Assembly (NCBI GenBank): GCA_963842725.1
Contig: CAWJHN010000004.1
Span: forward strand, 1,566-65,565
Reading direction: 5' to 3'
DNA from: an uncultured Actinomycetes bacterium
Lineage (GTDB): Bacteria > Actinomycetota > Actinomycetes > S36-B12
DNA: 64,000 nucleotides
Shown here: one piece after another, positions 8,734 through 17,700 of the stretch
Layout: every line of letters begins with the position of its first letter
Position numbering within the stretch: the stretch's first letter is position 1
The notes under the pieces: generated by a model
What the model was told of the DNA's origin: nothing
Seen by the model: the letters and a program-made list of their open reading frames with translations, nothing else
The model's database searches: none
Program-made: the position numbers and the translations under genes

Positions 8734-10323
8734 TTGGGTCCGGCGGGCGTCGCGTTGCCGGCCTCCGCGCCCACCGACGACAATGTGCGGGTGAACCCGT
8801 CGCGACCACTGCTCGAAGTCACGGGGGCGACAGTGCGATTCGGGGCGGAGACGGCGCTCGACGACGTCAGCTTCCGGATGTTCCCGGGTGAGGTGCACTC
8901 ACTCATGGGGGAGAACGGCGCAGGCAAGTCGACCCTGGTCAAGGCGATCACCGGCGCCCTGCCACTGGAGTCGGGCGTAGTGCGCTTGGCAGGAGAGGTC
9001 GTTTCCTTCGCCACGCCTCATGCGGCTCAGCGAGCCGGCATCAGCACGGTGTACCAGGAGATCGAACTGCTGCCGAACCTGTCGGTTGCGGAGAACATCG
9101 CTCTCGGGAGGGAGGGACGCAGATTCGGTGTCATCGACTGGCGCGGGATGAGGCGAGCCGCGGCGACGGTGCTGCGCGAACTCGGGCTGGACATCGATCC
9201 GGGTTCCCTGCTTGGGACCCATCCGGTGGCCGTCCAGCAGCTCGTCGCGATCGCTCGGGCGATCTCCACCGACGTGAAGGTGCTCGTCCTCGACGAGCCG
9301 ACCTCAAGCCTGGATGTCAACGAGGTCGCCGAGCTCTTCCGCGTGATCCGCGAACTCAAGGACAGGGGTGTCGCCATTCTATTCGTGTCGCACTTCCTGG
9401 ATCAGGTCTACCAAGTCTGTGACCGGATAACCGTGCTTCGCGACGGGAGACTCGTCGGCGAGTACCAGACGGCCGAGCTGCTTCGCGTGGATCTCGTGCA
9501 GAAGATGCTGGGCCATGAGGTCACCGACTATCGGGTCGCGCCAAGCAACCCTGCGCCGCAGGGTGACTCGCCCGCCTTCTTCAGCGCTCGAGGCGTGACT
9601 GTCGCCCCGGGAATCGCAGACGCCGATGTGGACATCGCTGAGGGAGAGGTGCTTGGCCTGGCGGGGCTTCTCGGCTCGGGGAGGACTCCGCTTGCGCGTG
9701 CGCTGACCGGTGCGGATCGGCTCCAGTCGGGCATCATCCGGATCGAGGAACGCGACGAGCACCTGTCGACGCCCCGCCGGGCGATGTCGCTCGGCGTCGT
9801 GTACTCGCCGGAGAATCGACGCACCGAGGGGATCATCAGCGAGCTCACCGTCCTGGAGAACATCACCCTGTCGTTGCAGGCTCAACGCGGGTTCCTGCGC
9901 CGGATCCGCACCGCACGTCAACGTGAGCTGGCGGCCAGTTGGGTCGAGGCGCTGGATATCCGGCCGCCAGACCTGGACCGGCCGGCCGGCCAGCTGTCCG
10001 GCGGCAACCAGCAGAAGCTGCTGCTTGCGCGACTCCTTGCGGTCTCTCCGCGAGTGCTTGTGCTGGACGAGCCGACGCGGGGCATCGATGTCGGCGCGAA
10101 GGTTGAGATCCAGAACCTCGTGGGCGAACTTGCGAGCAACGGCTTGTCCGTGGTCTTCGTGTCCGCGGAGCTCGAAGAGGTTCTTCGTGTTGGCGATCGC
10201 GTCACCGTCCTGAGGGACGGAAGGATCATCGAGACGGTCCGGTCAGCGGACACGTCCGTCGATCAGCTTCTTGCCCTCGTGGCACGTGCATCCGTCCCGC
10301 AGGCCGAGGTGGGGCATGGCTGA
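8734..10323 (+). CDS. second sugar ABC transporter ATP-binding protein (two fused ABC domains); start uncertain
   Basis: Motifs GENGAGKST, LSGGNQQK and VLVLDEPTRGIDVGAK. It is paralogous to the ORF at 5118..6671. The true start is probably an internal GTG around 8780-8790. Confidence 0.8.
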   Translation: MGPAGVALPASAPTDDNVRVNPSRPLLEVTGATVRFGAETALDDVSFRMFPGEVHSLMGENGAGKSTLVKAITGALPLESGVVRLAGEVVSFATPHAAQRAGISTVYQEIELLPNLSVAENIALGREGRRFGVIDWRGMRRAAATVLRELGLDIDPGSLLGTHPVAVQQLVAIARAISTDVKVLVLDEPTSSLDVNEVAELFRVIRELKDRGVAILFVSHFLDQVYQVCDRITVLRDGRLVGEYQTAELLRVDLVQKMLGHEVTDYRVAPSNPAPQGDSPAFFSARGVTVAPGIADADVDIAEGEVLGLAGLLGSGRTPLARALTGADRLQSGIIRIEERDEHLSTPRRAMSLGVVYSPENRRTEGIISELTVLENITLSLQAQRGFLRRIRTARQRELAASWVEALDIRPPDLDRPAGQLSGGNQQKLLLARLLAVSPRVLVLDEPTRGIDVGAKVEIQNLVGELASNGLSVVFVSAELEEVLRVGDRVTVLRDGRIIETVRSADTSVDQLLALVARASVPQAEVGHG

Positions 10324-11326
10324 GCAGAAGCCGGAGCGGGCTCCGAACATCTTCGATGTCGCACGGTTGGCCGGCGTCTCACATCAGACCGTTTCGCGGG
10401 TCATGAACGGCCTGCCCAACGTCCGGCCCGCCACGCGCGAGCGGGTGGAGCGCGCCATCGTCCAGTTGCGCTACAGCCCATCGCCCCAGGCTCGGGCGCT
10501 CGTCACGCGCCGCACGCGAACCCTCGGGCTCATCACGCCGAGCGTCGAGGATCACGGTCCGAACGTGATCGCCATGCACTTCAACATGGCGGCGCGCACC
10601 GCTCGCTACAGCGTCGACAGCGTGAGCGCCCCGGGGGACGATCCTGCAGCGGTGAGAGCCACAGTGGAGGCATTGCTGCGTCAGCGAGTCGACGGGATCG
10701 TGCTGATCGTCATCGACAGCACCGTGCTGGAGATGGTCCGGGGGCTCGACCTCGGGGTCCCGGTGGTCGCGTCTGCCTCGACCCAACGGCGCAGCCCGAT
10801 GCTGGTGTCGATCGACCAGTACCGTGGGGCGCGATCGGCTGTTCGGCACCTCGCCGAGCTAGGTCACCGGCGGATCTACCATGTGACGGGCCCAGCCCGT
10901 GCCACCGACTCCCTCGAGCGGGTTCGCGGGTGGCGTGACGAGTTGACGGAGTGGAGGTTGAGCGCTCCCGAACCTCTGAGCGGAGACTGGACGGCCGGTT
11001 CCGGATATCAGGTCGGCAGGGACATGGCCATCGAGCCGGGTGATGCCGTCTTCGCGTCGAATGACCTCATGGCGATCGGCCTGATGTCCGCGTTGCGCGA
11101 ACGGGGGTTGTCGGTGCCGTCGGATGTCAGCGTGGTCGGCTTCGACGACATCCCCGAGACGGCCTACCTGTATCCGCCTCTGACGACCGTGCATCAGGAC
11201 TTCTCGGCCCTTGGCGAAGTGATGATGCAGAAGGTGCTCGTCGCTCTCGAGGAGCACGAGCCGATCACGACGGATACCCCGCTGCCTACCCGTCTTGTGG
11301 TTCGTGAGTCGACACGCGTGCGCTGA
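10316..11326 (+). CDS. LacI-family transcriptional regulator
   Basis: Starts MAEQKPERAPNIFDVARLAGVSHQTVSRVMNG (HTH), followed by a periplasmic-binding-fold effector domain. The ATG overlaps the ATPase stop (ATGGCTGA). Confidence 0.85.
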   Translation: MAEQKPERAPNIFDVARLAGVSHQTVSRVMNGLPNVRPATRERVERAIVQLRYSPSPQARALVTRRTRTLGLITPSVEDHGPNVIAMHFNMAARTARYSVDSVSAPGDDPAAVRATVEALLRQRVDGIVLIVIDSTVLEMVRGLDLGVPVVASASTQRRSPMLVSIDQYRGARSAVRHLAELGHRRIYHVTGPARATDSLERVRGWRDELTEWRLSAPEPLSGDWTAGSGYQVGRDMAIEPGDAVFASNDLMAIGLMSALRERGLSVPSDVSVVGFDDIPETAYLYPPLTTVHQDFSALGEVMMQKVLVALEEHEPITTDTPLPTRLVVRESTRVR

Positions 11327-11510
11327 CGGTGGCTCAGGCGAAACCCAATCGTGTTGGAGGCGAGGCGGCAACGCCTTGGCCGGGAAGAGAGGTCACGAGG
11401 CTGGTTCTTGCATGGCCCTTTCCTGACGGGCCCGGGTGGATCTGCGAGGGTCCGGGTGGGCCGGAATCCGGTGCAATCGTTTGATTTCCGGTGATGTGCG
11501 GTGTGATCGG

Positions 11511-11557
11511 GACGGCCTTGATTCCGTAGGTTCGGGGTTCGAGCCCCCGGCGACCCG
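11511..11557 (+). other. tRNA-like 3' remnant (T-arm plus acceptor 3' strand), not an intact tRNA
   Basis: CGGGG-TTCGAGC-CCCCG (11533-11549) is a canonical T stem-loop and is followed by GCGACCC-G. No complementary 5' acceptor strand (GGGTCGC) and no valid anticodon loop were found in the preceding 80 nt. Confidence 0.35.
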
Positions 11558-11769
11558 CTTCCTGAAATACATTTCGGGACAGGCACTTTCGGCCGTCACC
11601 AGATGTCAACGGCTCTACAGGTCCGGAGACCGTCAGGCGAACCTGGGCCTCTGGACCATCGCCCGGGACCGCCTGACCCTCGACCCCGAAGGACGGATTG
11701 CGGCTCGTGGATAGCGCCTCATCGACGTGGCGAGTGGGTAGTCTTCAGTGACGGTCGACCCGACCCCTG

Positions 11770-11793
11770 GGACGGTCGGCCAGGGGACCGTCC
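11770..11793. promoter_or_regulatory. inverted repeat GGACGGTC-N8-GACCGTCC upstream of the isomerase gene
   Basis: Read from the sequence. It is preceded by a direct copy of GACGGTCG at 11750-11757 and lies about 30-50 bp upstream of the ATG at 11823. Confidence 0.25.
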
Positions 11794-11822
11794 GACCGCG
11801 ACTAGGGAATCCGGTGGTAGCC

Positions 11823-12680
11823 ATGAAGCGCATGCTGGGCGTCAACACGTGGGTATGGGTCTCGCCGCTCACCGACGAGAACATCGGTGAACTGCTGACT
11901 CGTATATCCGATTGGGGCTTCGAGTCGGTCGAGCTGCCCCTGGAGTACGCGGGCGCGATCAGCGATGACGTCGCGTCGCATGCCCTTGCGGAGACGGGGC
12001 TGACGCCGTACATCGTCGGCGCCATGGCACCGGGTCGCGATCTCGTCCGCGCCGAGCCCGATGCCGTCCGTGCGACCCAGGACTACCTGCGCGAGCTGGT
12101 GCGCTTCGCGAGCGTGGTGGGCGCCCCCACCGTGGCGGGGCCGTTGTACAGCGCTGTCGGGCGGGTGTGGCGGATGGACGAGGCCGAGCGTGTCGCGGCC
12201 TACGCCGAGCTACGCGAGAACTTGGCCCCGGTCGTTGAATACGCGGCTTCCGTGGGCGTGGTCGTCGGCATCGAGCCTCTCAACCGCTACGAGACGAGCC
12301 TGATCAACACGGTGGAGCAGGCCCTTGATGCACTCGGTCCGCTGCTCGGCCCGAACCTCGGCATTGCTCTCGACACCTACCACATGAACATCGAGCAGCG
12401 CTCGAGCGTCGAGGCCGTGCGAGCGGCTGGCAGTCACGTCGTGCACGTACAGGTCTGCGGCAACGATCGGGGTGCCCCCGGGAACGACCAGACACCATGG
12501 GTGCCCCTGCTGGCAGCCCTCGACGACGTGGGATACCGGGGGCCGTTGAACATCGAGAGCTTCACCGCCGACAACGAGAGCATCGCCACCGCTGCCTCCA
12601 TCTGGCGCCCGCTCAGCCCCACGCAGGACCAGCTCGCCACCGACGGGCTTGCGTTCCTTCGCTCCATGCAGGCCGAGTAG
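11823..12680 (+). CDS. sugar phosphate isomerase/epimerase (xylose-isomerase-like TIM barrel)
   Basis: Starts MKRMLGVNTWVWVSPL. Contains VVGIEPLNRYETSLINT and LNIESFT. This internal ATG within ORF 11748..12680 was chosen as the start. Confidence 0.75.
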   Translation: MKRMLGVNTWVWVSPLTDENIGELLTRISDWGFESVELPLEYAGAISDDVASHALAETGLTPYIVGAMAPGRDLVRAEPDAVRATQDYLRELVRFASVVGAPTVAGPLYSAVGRVWRMDEAERVAAYAELRENLAPVVEYAASVGVVVGIEPLNRYETSLINTVEQALDALGPLLGPNLGIALDTYHMNIEQRSSVEAVRAAGSHVVHVQVCGNDRGAPGNDQTPWVPLLAALDDVGYRGPLNIESFTADNESIATAASIWRPLSPTQDQLATDGLAFLRSMQAE

Positions 12681-12682
12681 TC

Positions 12683-13810
12683 GTGGCGGGCGGTCGCACA
12701 TTCACCGTCGCAGTCGTGGGCCTCGGGTTCGGTGCGGAGTTCGTCCCCCTGTGGCAGAAGCATCCGAGCACGAGTTGCGTCGCGATCTGCCAGCGCGACG
12801 CCCGCAAGCTCGCCGCCGTCGGTGACGTCTTCGGGGTCGAGCAGCGGTATACGGACTTCGCGCAGGTCCTACAGGATCCCGCGGTCGACGTGGTGCACAT
12901 CAACAGCCCCATCCCGGACCACGCCTGGATGAGTATCGCCGCGCTGAAGGCGGGCAAGCACGTCGCGTGCACAGTGCCGATGGCGACGAGCATTGCGGAC
13001 TGCCGCAAGATCGTCCAACTCGTCGAGCGCACCGGCCTGACGTACATGATGATGGAGACGGTGGTCTATTCCCGCGAGTACCTCTACATGAAGCAGATGC
13101 TCGACTCGGGGAAGCTGGGCAGGCTGCAGTTCGTCCAGGCCAGCCATCAGCAGGACATGGATGGCTGGCCCGACTACTGGCCGGGCCTGCCGCCAATGTG
13201 GTACGCCACCCACTGCGTCGGGCCCGTTGCCGGCCTGATCGGCCAGCCGGCCGAGTACGTGAGCTGCTTCGGATCGGGCACGATCCGCGAGGAGCTCGTC
13301 GGGCGCTACGGCTCGCCCTTTGCGGTGGAGACGGCTCACATCAGGTTCCGCGACAGCGACGTGGCCGGCCGGGTCGTCCGCAGCCTCTTCGACACGGCTC
13401 GCCAGTACCGCGAGAGTATTGACGTGTATGGGTCGGCGAAGGCTGTCGAGTGGCCCCTGGTGGAGGGCGAGCCGCTCATCGTCCATTCAGCGAAGCGTCC
13501 CGAGCCGAAGATCCCCAAGCGCGTCGTGTGCCCGGACTTCGCCGGGCGCCTGCCGCGCAGCATCGCGCCCTACACGACGAGCGGCGTCTACGACGGTGGC
13601 AAGAAGACGCACCTCAGCTTCACGCAGGGAGGCGGCCACGGAGGCAGCCACCCGCACCTGGTCCACGAGTTCGCGTCGGCGCTGGTGGCCGGACGTGACC
13701 CGTTCCCGAATGCTGTTCAGTCCGCCAACTGGACCTGCGTCGGGCTGTCCGCGCACGAGTCCGCGCTCAAGGGCGGCGCGATCGTCAGGCTCCCCGCCTT
13801 CACCCTGTAG
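12683..13810 (+). CDS. Gfo/Idh/MocA-family oxidoreductase
   Basis: GTG at 12683 gives VAGGRTFTVAVVGLGFGAEFVP (Rossmann N-terminus). It sits 2 nt after the isomerase stop. The long upstream extension of ORF 12497 overlaps the isomerase and is discounted. Confidence 0.75.
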   Translation: MAGGRTFTVAVVGLGFGAEFVPLWQKHPSTSCVAICQRDARKLAAVGDVFGVEQRYTDFAQVLQDPAVDVVHINSPIPDHAWMSIAALKAGKHVACTVPMATSIADCRKIVQLVERTGLTYMMMETVVYSREYLYMKQMLDSGKLGRLQFVQASHQQDMDGWPDYWPGLPPMWYATHCVGPVAGLIGQPAEYVSCFGSGTIREELVGRYGSPFAVETAHIRFRDSDVAGRVVRSLFDTARQYRESIDVYGSAKAVEWPLVEGEPLIVHSAKRPEPKIPKRVVCPDFAGRLPRSIAPYTTSGVYDGGKKTHLSFTQGGGHGGSHPHLVHEFASALVAGRDPFPNAVQSANWTCVGLSAHESALKGGAIVRLPAFTL

Positions 13811-13960
13811 TCGTAGCCGGTGGTGGCGTCAGCCTGGACGCGGCCGACGCAGCTGAACCGCTTGCCGTACCGCTGCCCGAGGAAGTCGGTGATCTCGAGG
13901 CCGTCCCTGAGGGTCGGCATCCCTTGCGGCACGCTTGAGCGCCGATTGGATTCGGATCAC

Positions 13961-14563
13961 CTAGTCGTGGACGCCGAACTGACCGCGGTGCACGACGGAT
14001 TCGACCACTCGGCGGCGCGCCTCGACCGCGGCCGCCTGCGGCGGCGTATCTGGCGCGCGGTGCCCGACCGTGATGCCTCCGATGGGCGCATAGTCGCTGG
14101 GGATGTCGAACTCGGTTCGGAACGGTGCCAGTTGGTCCGGTTGGATGCCGAAGAAGCATGCGTCCAGGCCTTCGTCCACGGCGGTCAGCAGTATCAGCAG
14201 TGAGGCCATGCCCGTGTCGATGAACCAGTAGGGCGCGGGCCAGTGGGCCTCGGCCCGGTCCTCCCAGCCCTTGTCCGGCTCGGCATACCGCTCAAGGTAG
14301 GTGGCCTTGTGCGCTAGCGGCACGACGACAAGGGGCGCGAGCTGCATCGTCGGCGTCTGCTCGACGCGCGTCGGGACGAACCGCCAGAATCGTGATCGGT
14401 CCTCGGCCGTGGTGAGCACTAGGAAGGCCCATCCCTGCGAGAAGCCGGCCGAGGGGGCGCGTAGCGCGGAGGACAGAATCCGTTCGATGGCGTCGAGTGA
14501 GATCGACTCGTCGGTGTAGTGACGGATCATTCGACGGCGGCGTATGACCTCGGTGAACTCCAT
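13961..14563 (-). CDS. nitroreductase-family protein
   Basis: Starts MEFTEVIRRRRMIRHYTDESISLDAIERILSSALRAPSAGFSQGW, a typical nitroreductase N-terminus. Confidence 0.75.
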   Translation of the reverse strand: MEFTEVIRRRRMIRHYTDESISLDAIERILSSALRAPSAGFSQGWAFLVLTTAEDRSRFWRFVPTRVEQTPTMQLAPLVVVPLAHKATYLERYAEPDKGWEDRAEAHWPAPYWFIDTGMASLLILLTAVDEGLDACFFGIQPDQLAPFRTEFDIPSDYAPIGGITVGHRAPDTPPQAAAVEARRRVVESVVHRGQFGVHD

Positions 14564-14749
14564 GCGAGCGAGTCTGGCATGACGGCCTGTTTCCATTGAC
14601 AGCCTCGGGTATCTCAGTTGCGGTGGGCAGGACCCTTTCCCCACCCAGCCCGATGTGGTTCAGGACCGTGCAGGAACCGACCTATCCGAGGCCGTGACCA
14701 GTCGGTGATCGACCGGGGCACCGTCTTGGCGCCGAGACTCCATGAGTCC

Positions 14750-17700
14750 TTAGCCGGCGTCGCCTAGGACCACCCGAACACGGTGCGTGCGCCCGTCGTC
14801 GGCCAGCGGGATCGCCGCGCCGTTGTTCGCCAGCAGCTCGTCGTCAAGTTCGACCGACACCACACCGTGGGTGAGGCCACGTGGGTTCTCCACGACGATC
14901 TGGTACCGGGACGAGTGGTATCGGAAGCTGATCTCGAAGCCCGGCCATGCACGCGGGATGCAAGGGTCGATCACGAGCGTCGTACCCCGAAGTCGGAAGC
15001 CGAGGATCGACTCGATGCCAGCCTGATACATCCAGCCCGCTGATCCTGTGTACCAGGTCCACCCGCCGCGTCCAACGTGCGGCGGTTCCGTGTAGACGTC
15101 GGCCGCCATGACGTAAGGCTCCACCTTGTAACGCAGCACGCCGGCGCGTGTGCTGGAGTGGTTGATCGGGTTGAGCAGCGAGAACAGCTCACCCGCCCGG
15201 TCGCCGTCGCCGATTGCGGCGAAGGCGAGTACCGACCAGATGGCACCATGGGTGTACTGCCCACCGTTCTCGCGGATGCCGGGCACGTAGCCCTTGATGT
15301 AGCCGGGATCGACATCGGAGTGGTCGAACGGTGGGGTGAACAGCAGAACCAAACCGTCGCCGCGTCGGATGAGGTACTCGTCTACCGCCGCCATCGCCTG
15401 CGCGGCTCGAGCCGGGTCAGCGACGCCGGATAGGACGCTCCACGACTGGGCGATCGAGTCGATCCTGCATTCGGCATTCGCTGCTGAGCCGAGCGGGGTG
15501 CCGTCGTCGAAGAAGGCGCGCCGGTACCAGTCGCCGTCCCAGCCCTCTTGCTCGACGGCCTGCTGCAGTATCAAGGCGTGGGCTTGCCAGCGTTCCGCAT
15601 GCGCGCCATCGCCGCGGGCCTGCGCGAGCGGGATGAACGAGCCGAGCGCGGAGGAAAGGAACCACGCCAGCCATACGCTTTCGCCCCGACCTTCATGACC
15701 CACCCGGTTCATGCCGTCGTTCCAGTCGCCCGACCCGATGAGCGGTAGCCCGTGCTCGCCAACGGCGAGGCTTCGGTCGAGGGCAGCGGCGCAATGGTCG
15801 AACAGCGAGGCCGATCGGGTGGAGCGTTCCGGCTGGAAGTACTCCTCCATCTGGCCGGGCAGCAGGTGGGCCCCCTCGAGGAATGGCACCTGCTCGTCGA
15901 GCACGGACGTGTCGCCTGTGACCGCCAGGTAGCGATCGACCGTGTACGGCAGCCAGAGGAGGTCGTCGGAGATCCTGGTCCGTACCCCGCGGCCCGACGG
16001 CGGATGCCACCAGTGCTGCACGTCTCCCTCGACAAACTGACGCGACGCGGCCCGCAGTAGGTGCTCCCGCGCGAGTTCGCGCTTCGAGGGAAGCAGGGCG
16101 ATCACGTCTTGGAGCTGATCGCGGAACCCGTAAGCGCCACCCGCTTGGTAGAACGCCGACCTCGCCCACATCCGGCACGCGAGCGTCTGGTAGATCAGCC
16201 AGCGGTTGAGCATGATGTCCATCGAGCGATCCGGGGTGCGCACCTGGATCGTTCCCTGAGCATCGTCCCAGTAGGTCGTCACGTCGCGGAGCATCGATTC
16301 GTGGTCGGCCTGCCGGGTGCGGCGGATCAGGTCCACGGCCGCGCCGGCATCGCCGGCTTCGCCCAGGAGCACGACCACCTGCGTCCGCGCCCCCCCCGCA
16401 AGCTCGAAACTGACCTGCAGCGTGCCGCACGGATCCAGGCCCGCGCCGACCGCGCCCTGGAGCCGGTGGCCGCGATCCAGCCCCGCCGGCCGATCAGGTG
16501 CCCCATTGCGGCCCAGGAACTCGGTCCGATCGGCGGTCGATGAAGTCTGTCGACCGCCGAGATCGAGGAAGGCGACGCGCTCGGCAAACTCGGTGTTCCA
16601 CGGGTTGCGTACCAGGAACGCCCCTGTCTCGGGCTCGAGGGCGGTGATGATGCGGGGTGCGTTCGCCCCGCGTGAGGTGCCCAGGACCCACTCGACGAAT
16701 GCGGTCACCGAGAGACGCCGAGTAGATCCGGATCGGTTCTCGATAGTCAGCACCGACACCTTCACGGCCCGATCGAGGGGCACGAACTGCAGCAGTTCGA
16801 GTTGAATGCCGGCGTGAAGGTGCTCGAACCGGCTGTACCCGGCTCCGTGACGGGCGATGTACGTCGAGTCCTCACAACGGATCGGCTGGGTGGTCGGCCC
16901 CCATACCTCCCCGGTGTCGTCGTCGCGCACGTAGATGGCTTCGCTCACGGGGTCGCTAACGGGGTTGTTGGACCAGCCGGTCAACTGGTTCTCGCGGCTG
17001 TTCCCCGACCACGTGTACCCCGAGCCGGATTCGGATACCTGGAACCCGAACGACTCGTTTGCGATCACGTTGAGCCACGGCGCCGGGGTGGACTGCCCCG
17101 GGCCGAGGATCGTGACGTACTCACGGCCGTCGTCCGTGAAGCCACCGAGTCCGTTGAAGAACTCCAACTCCGGTCGAAGGACGGCCGGCTCGACCGACGA
17201 CCGCTTCGACCTGATCGCCGACGGCGGTCGTGCCTTGCGATCGGGCTGATCGAGCCGTGTCACTTGATCGGCGAGACTGCCTCGGCGGCTGAGAAGGACT
17301 GCACGAGCAGCGCTCTGGAGGAGCACGCGATCCTCACCCGGGAGTCGGTCGCCGCGAATGATGTACACCCCTCCGCGACCTGCGCCGACATCGTGCTGGA
17401 GGACCGACTGGCTCGTGCGCACCAGGGCTTCGAGCGAGTCGTGCAAGTTCTGGGCGTAGGTCGCACCGTGCTCGTTGAGAATCACGAGATCGACGTCGAG
17501 GAGTTTCAGCCGCCAGTACTCGTGTGCGCGCAGAAGTTGGCGGACGAGGCCGAGATCCTCTGCCTCGTCGATGCGGACCAGCACGATGGGGAGGTCACCG
17601 GAGATGCCATAGGCCCACAGCGACGGCGCCCCCCGATTGTTTCGGGCCAGCAGGCTCTCCGACGGGCGGAGCGAGGGGTCCGAGTAGAGGACCCGGTTGG

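Noticed and set aside
11461-11560. Possible intact tRNA or tmRNA gene.
   Set aside because: Only the T-arm and the 3' acceptor strand fit. There is no complementary 5' acceptor strand within about 80 nt. No 7-nt anticodon loop has U33 and a purine at 37. The acceptor sequence does not fit the tmRNA GGGG.../...CTCCACCA pairing.
12497-12682. Long N-terminal extensions proposed by the ORF track, for example 12497 for the oxidoreductase, 10271 for LacI, 44032 for the monooxygenase, 57961..59151 for the LLM gene and 53458 for the DUF2306 gene.
   Set aside because: The extensions overlap upstream genes or are Arg/Pro-rich. Internal starts with RBS-like motifs coincide with the beginning of family-typical sequence.
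13717-13932. 71-aa minus-strand ORF (MPTLRDGLEITDFLGQRYGKRFSCVGRVQADATTGYDY...) in the gap between the oxidoreductase and nitroreductase genes.
   Set aside because: It looks protein-like over about 40 residues, but it runs into the 3' end of the oxidoreductase gene and has no RBS or recognisable family. It is possibly a small remnant and is not supportable as a feature.
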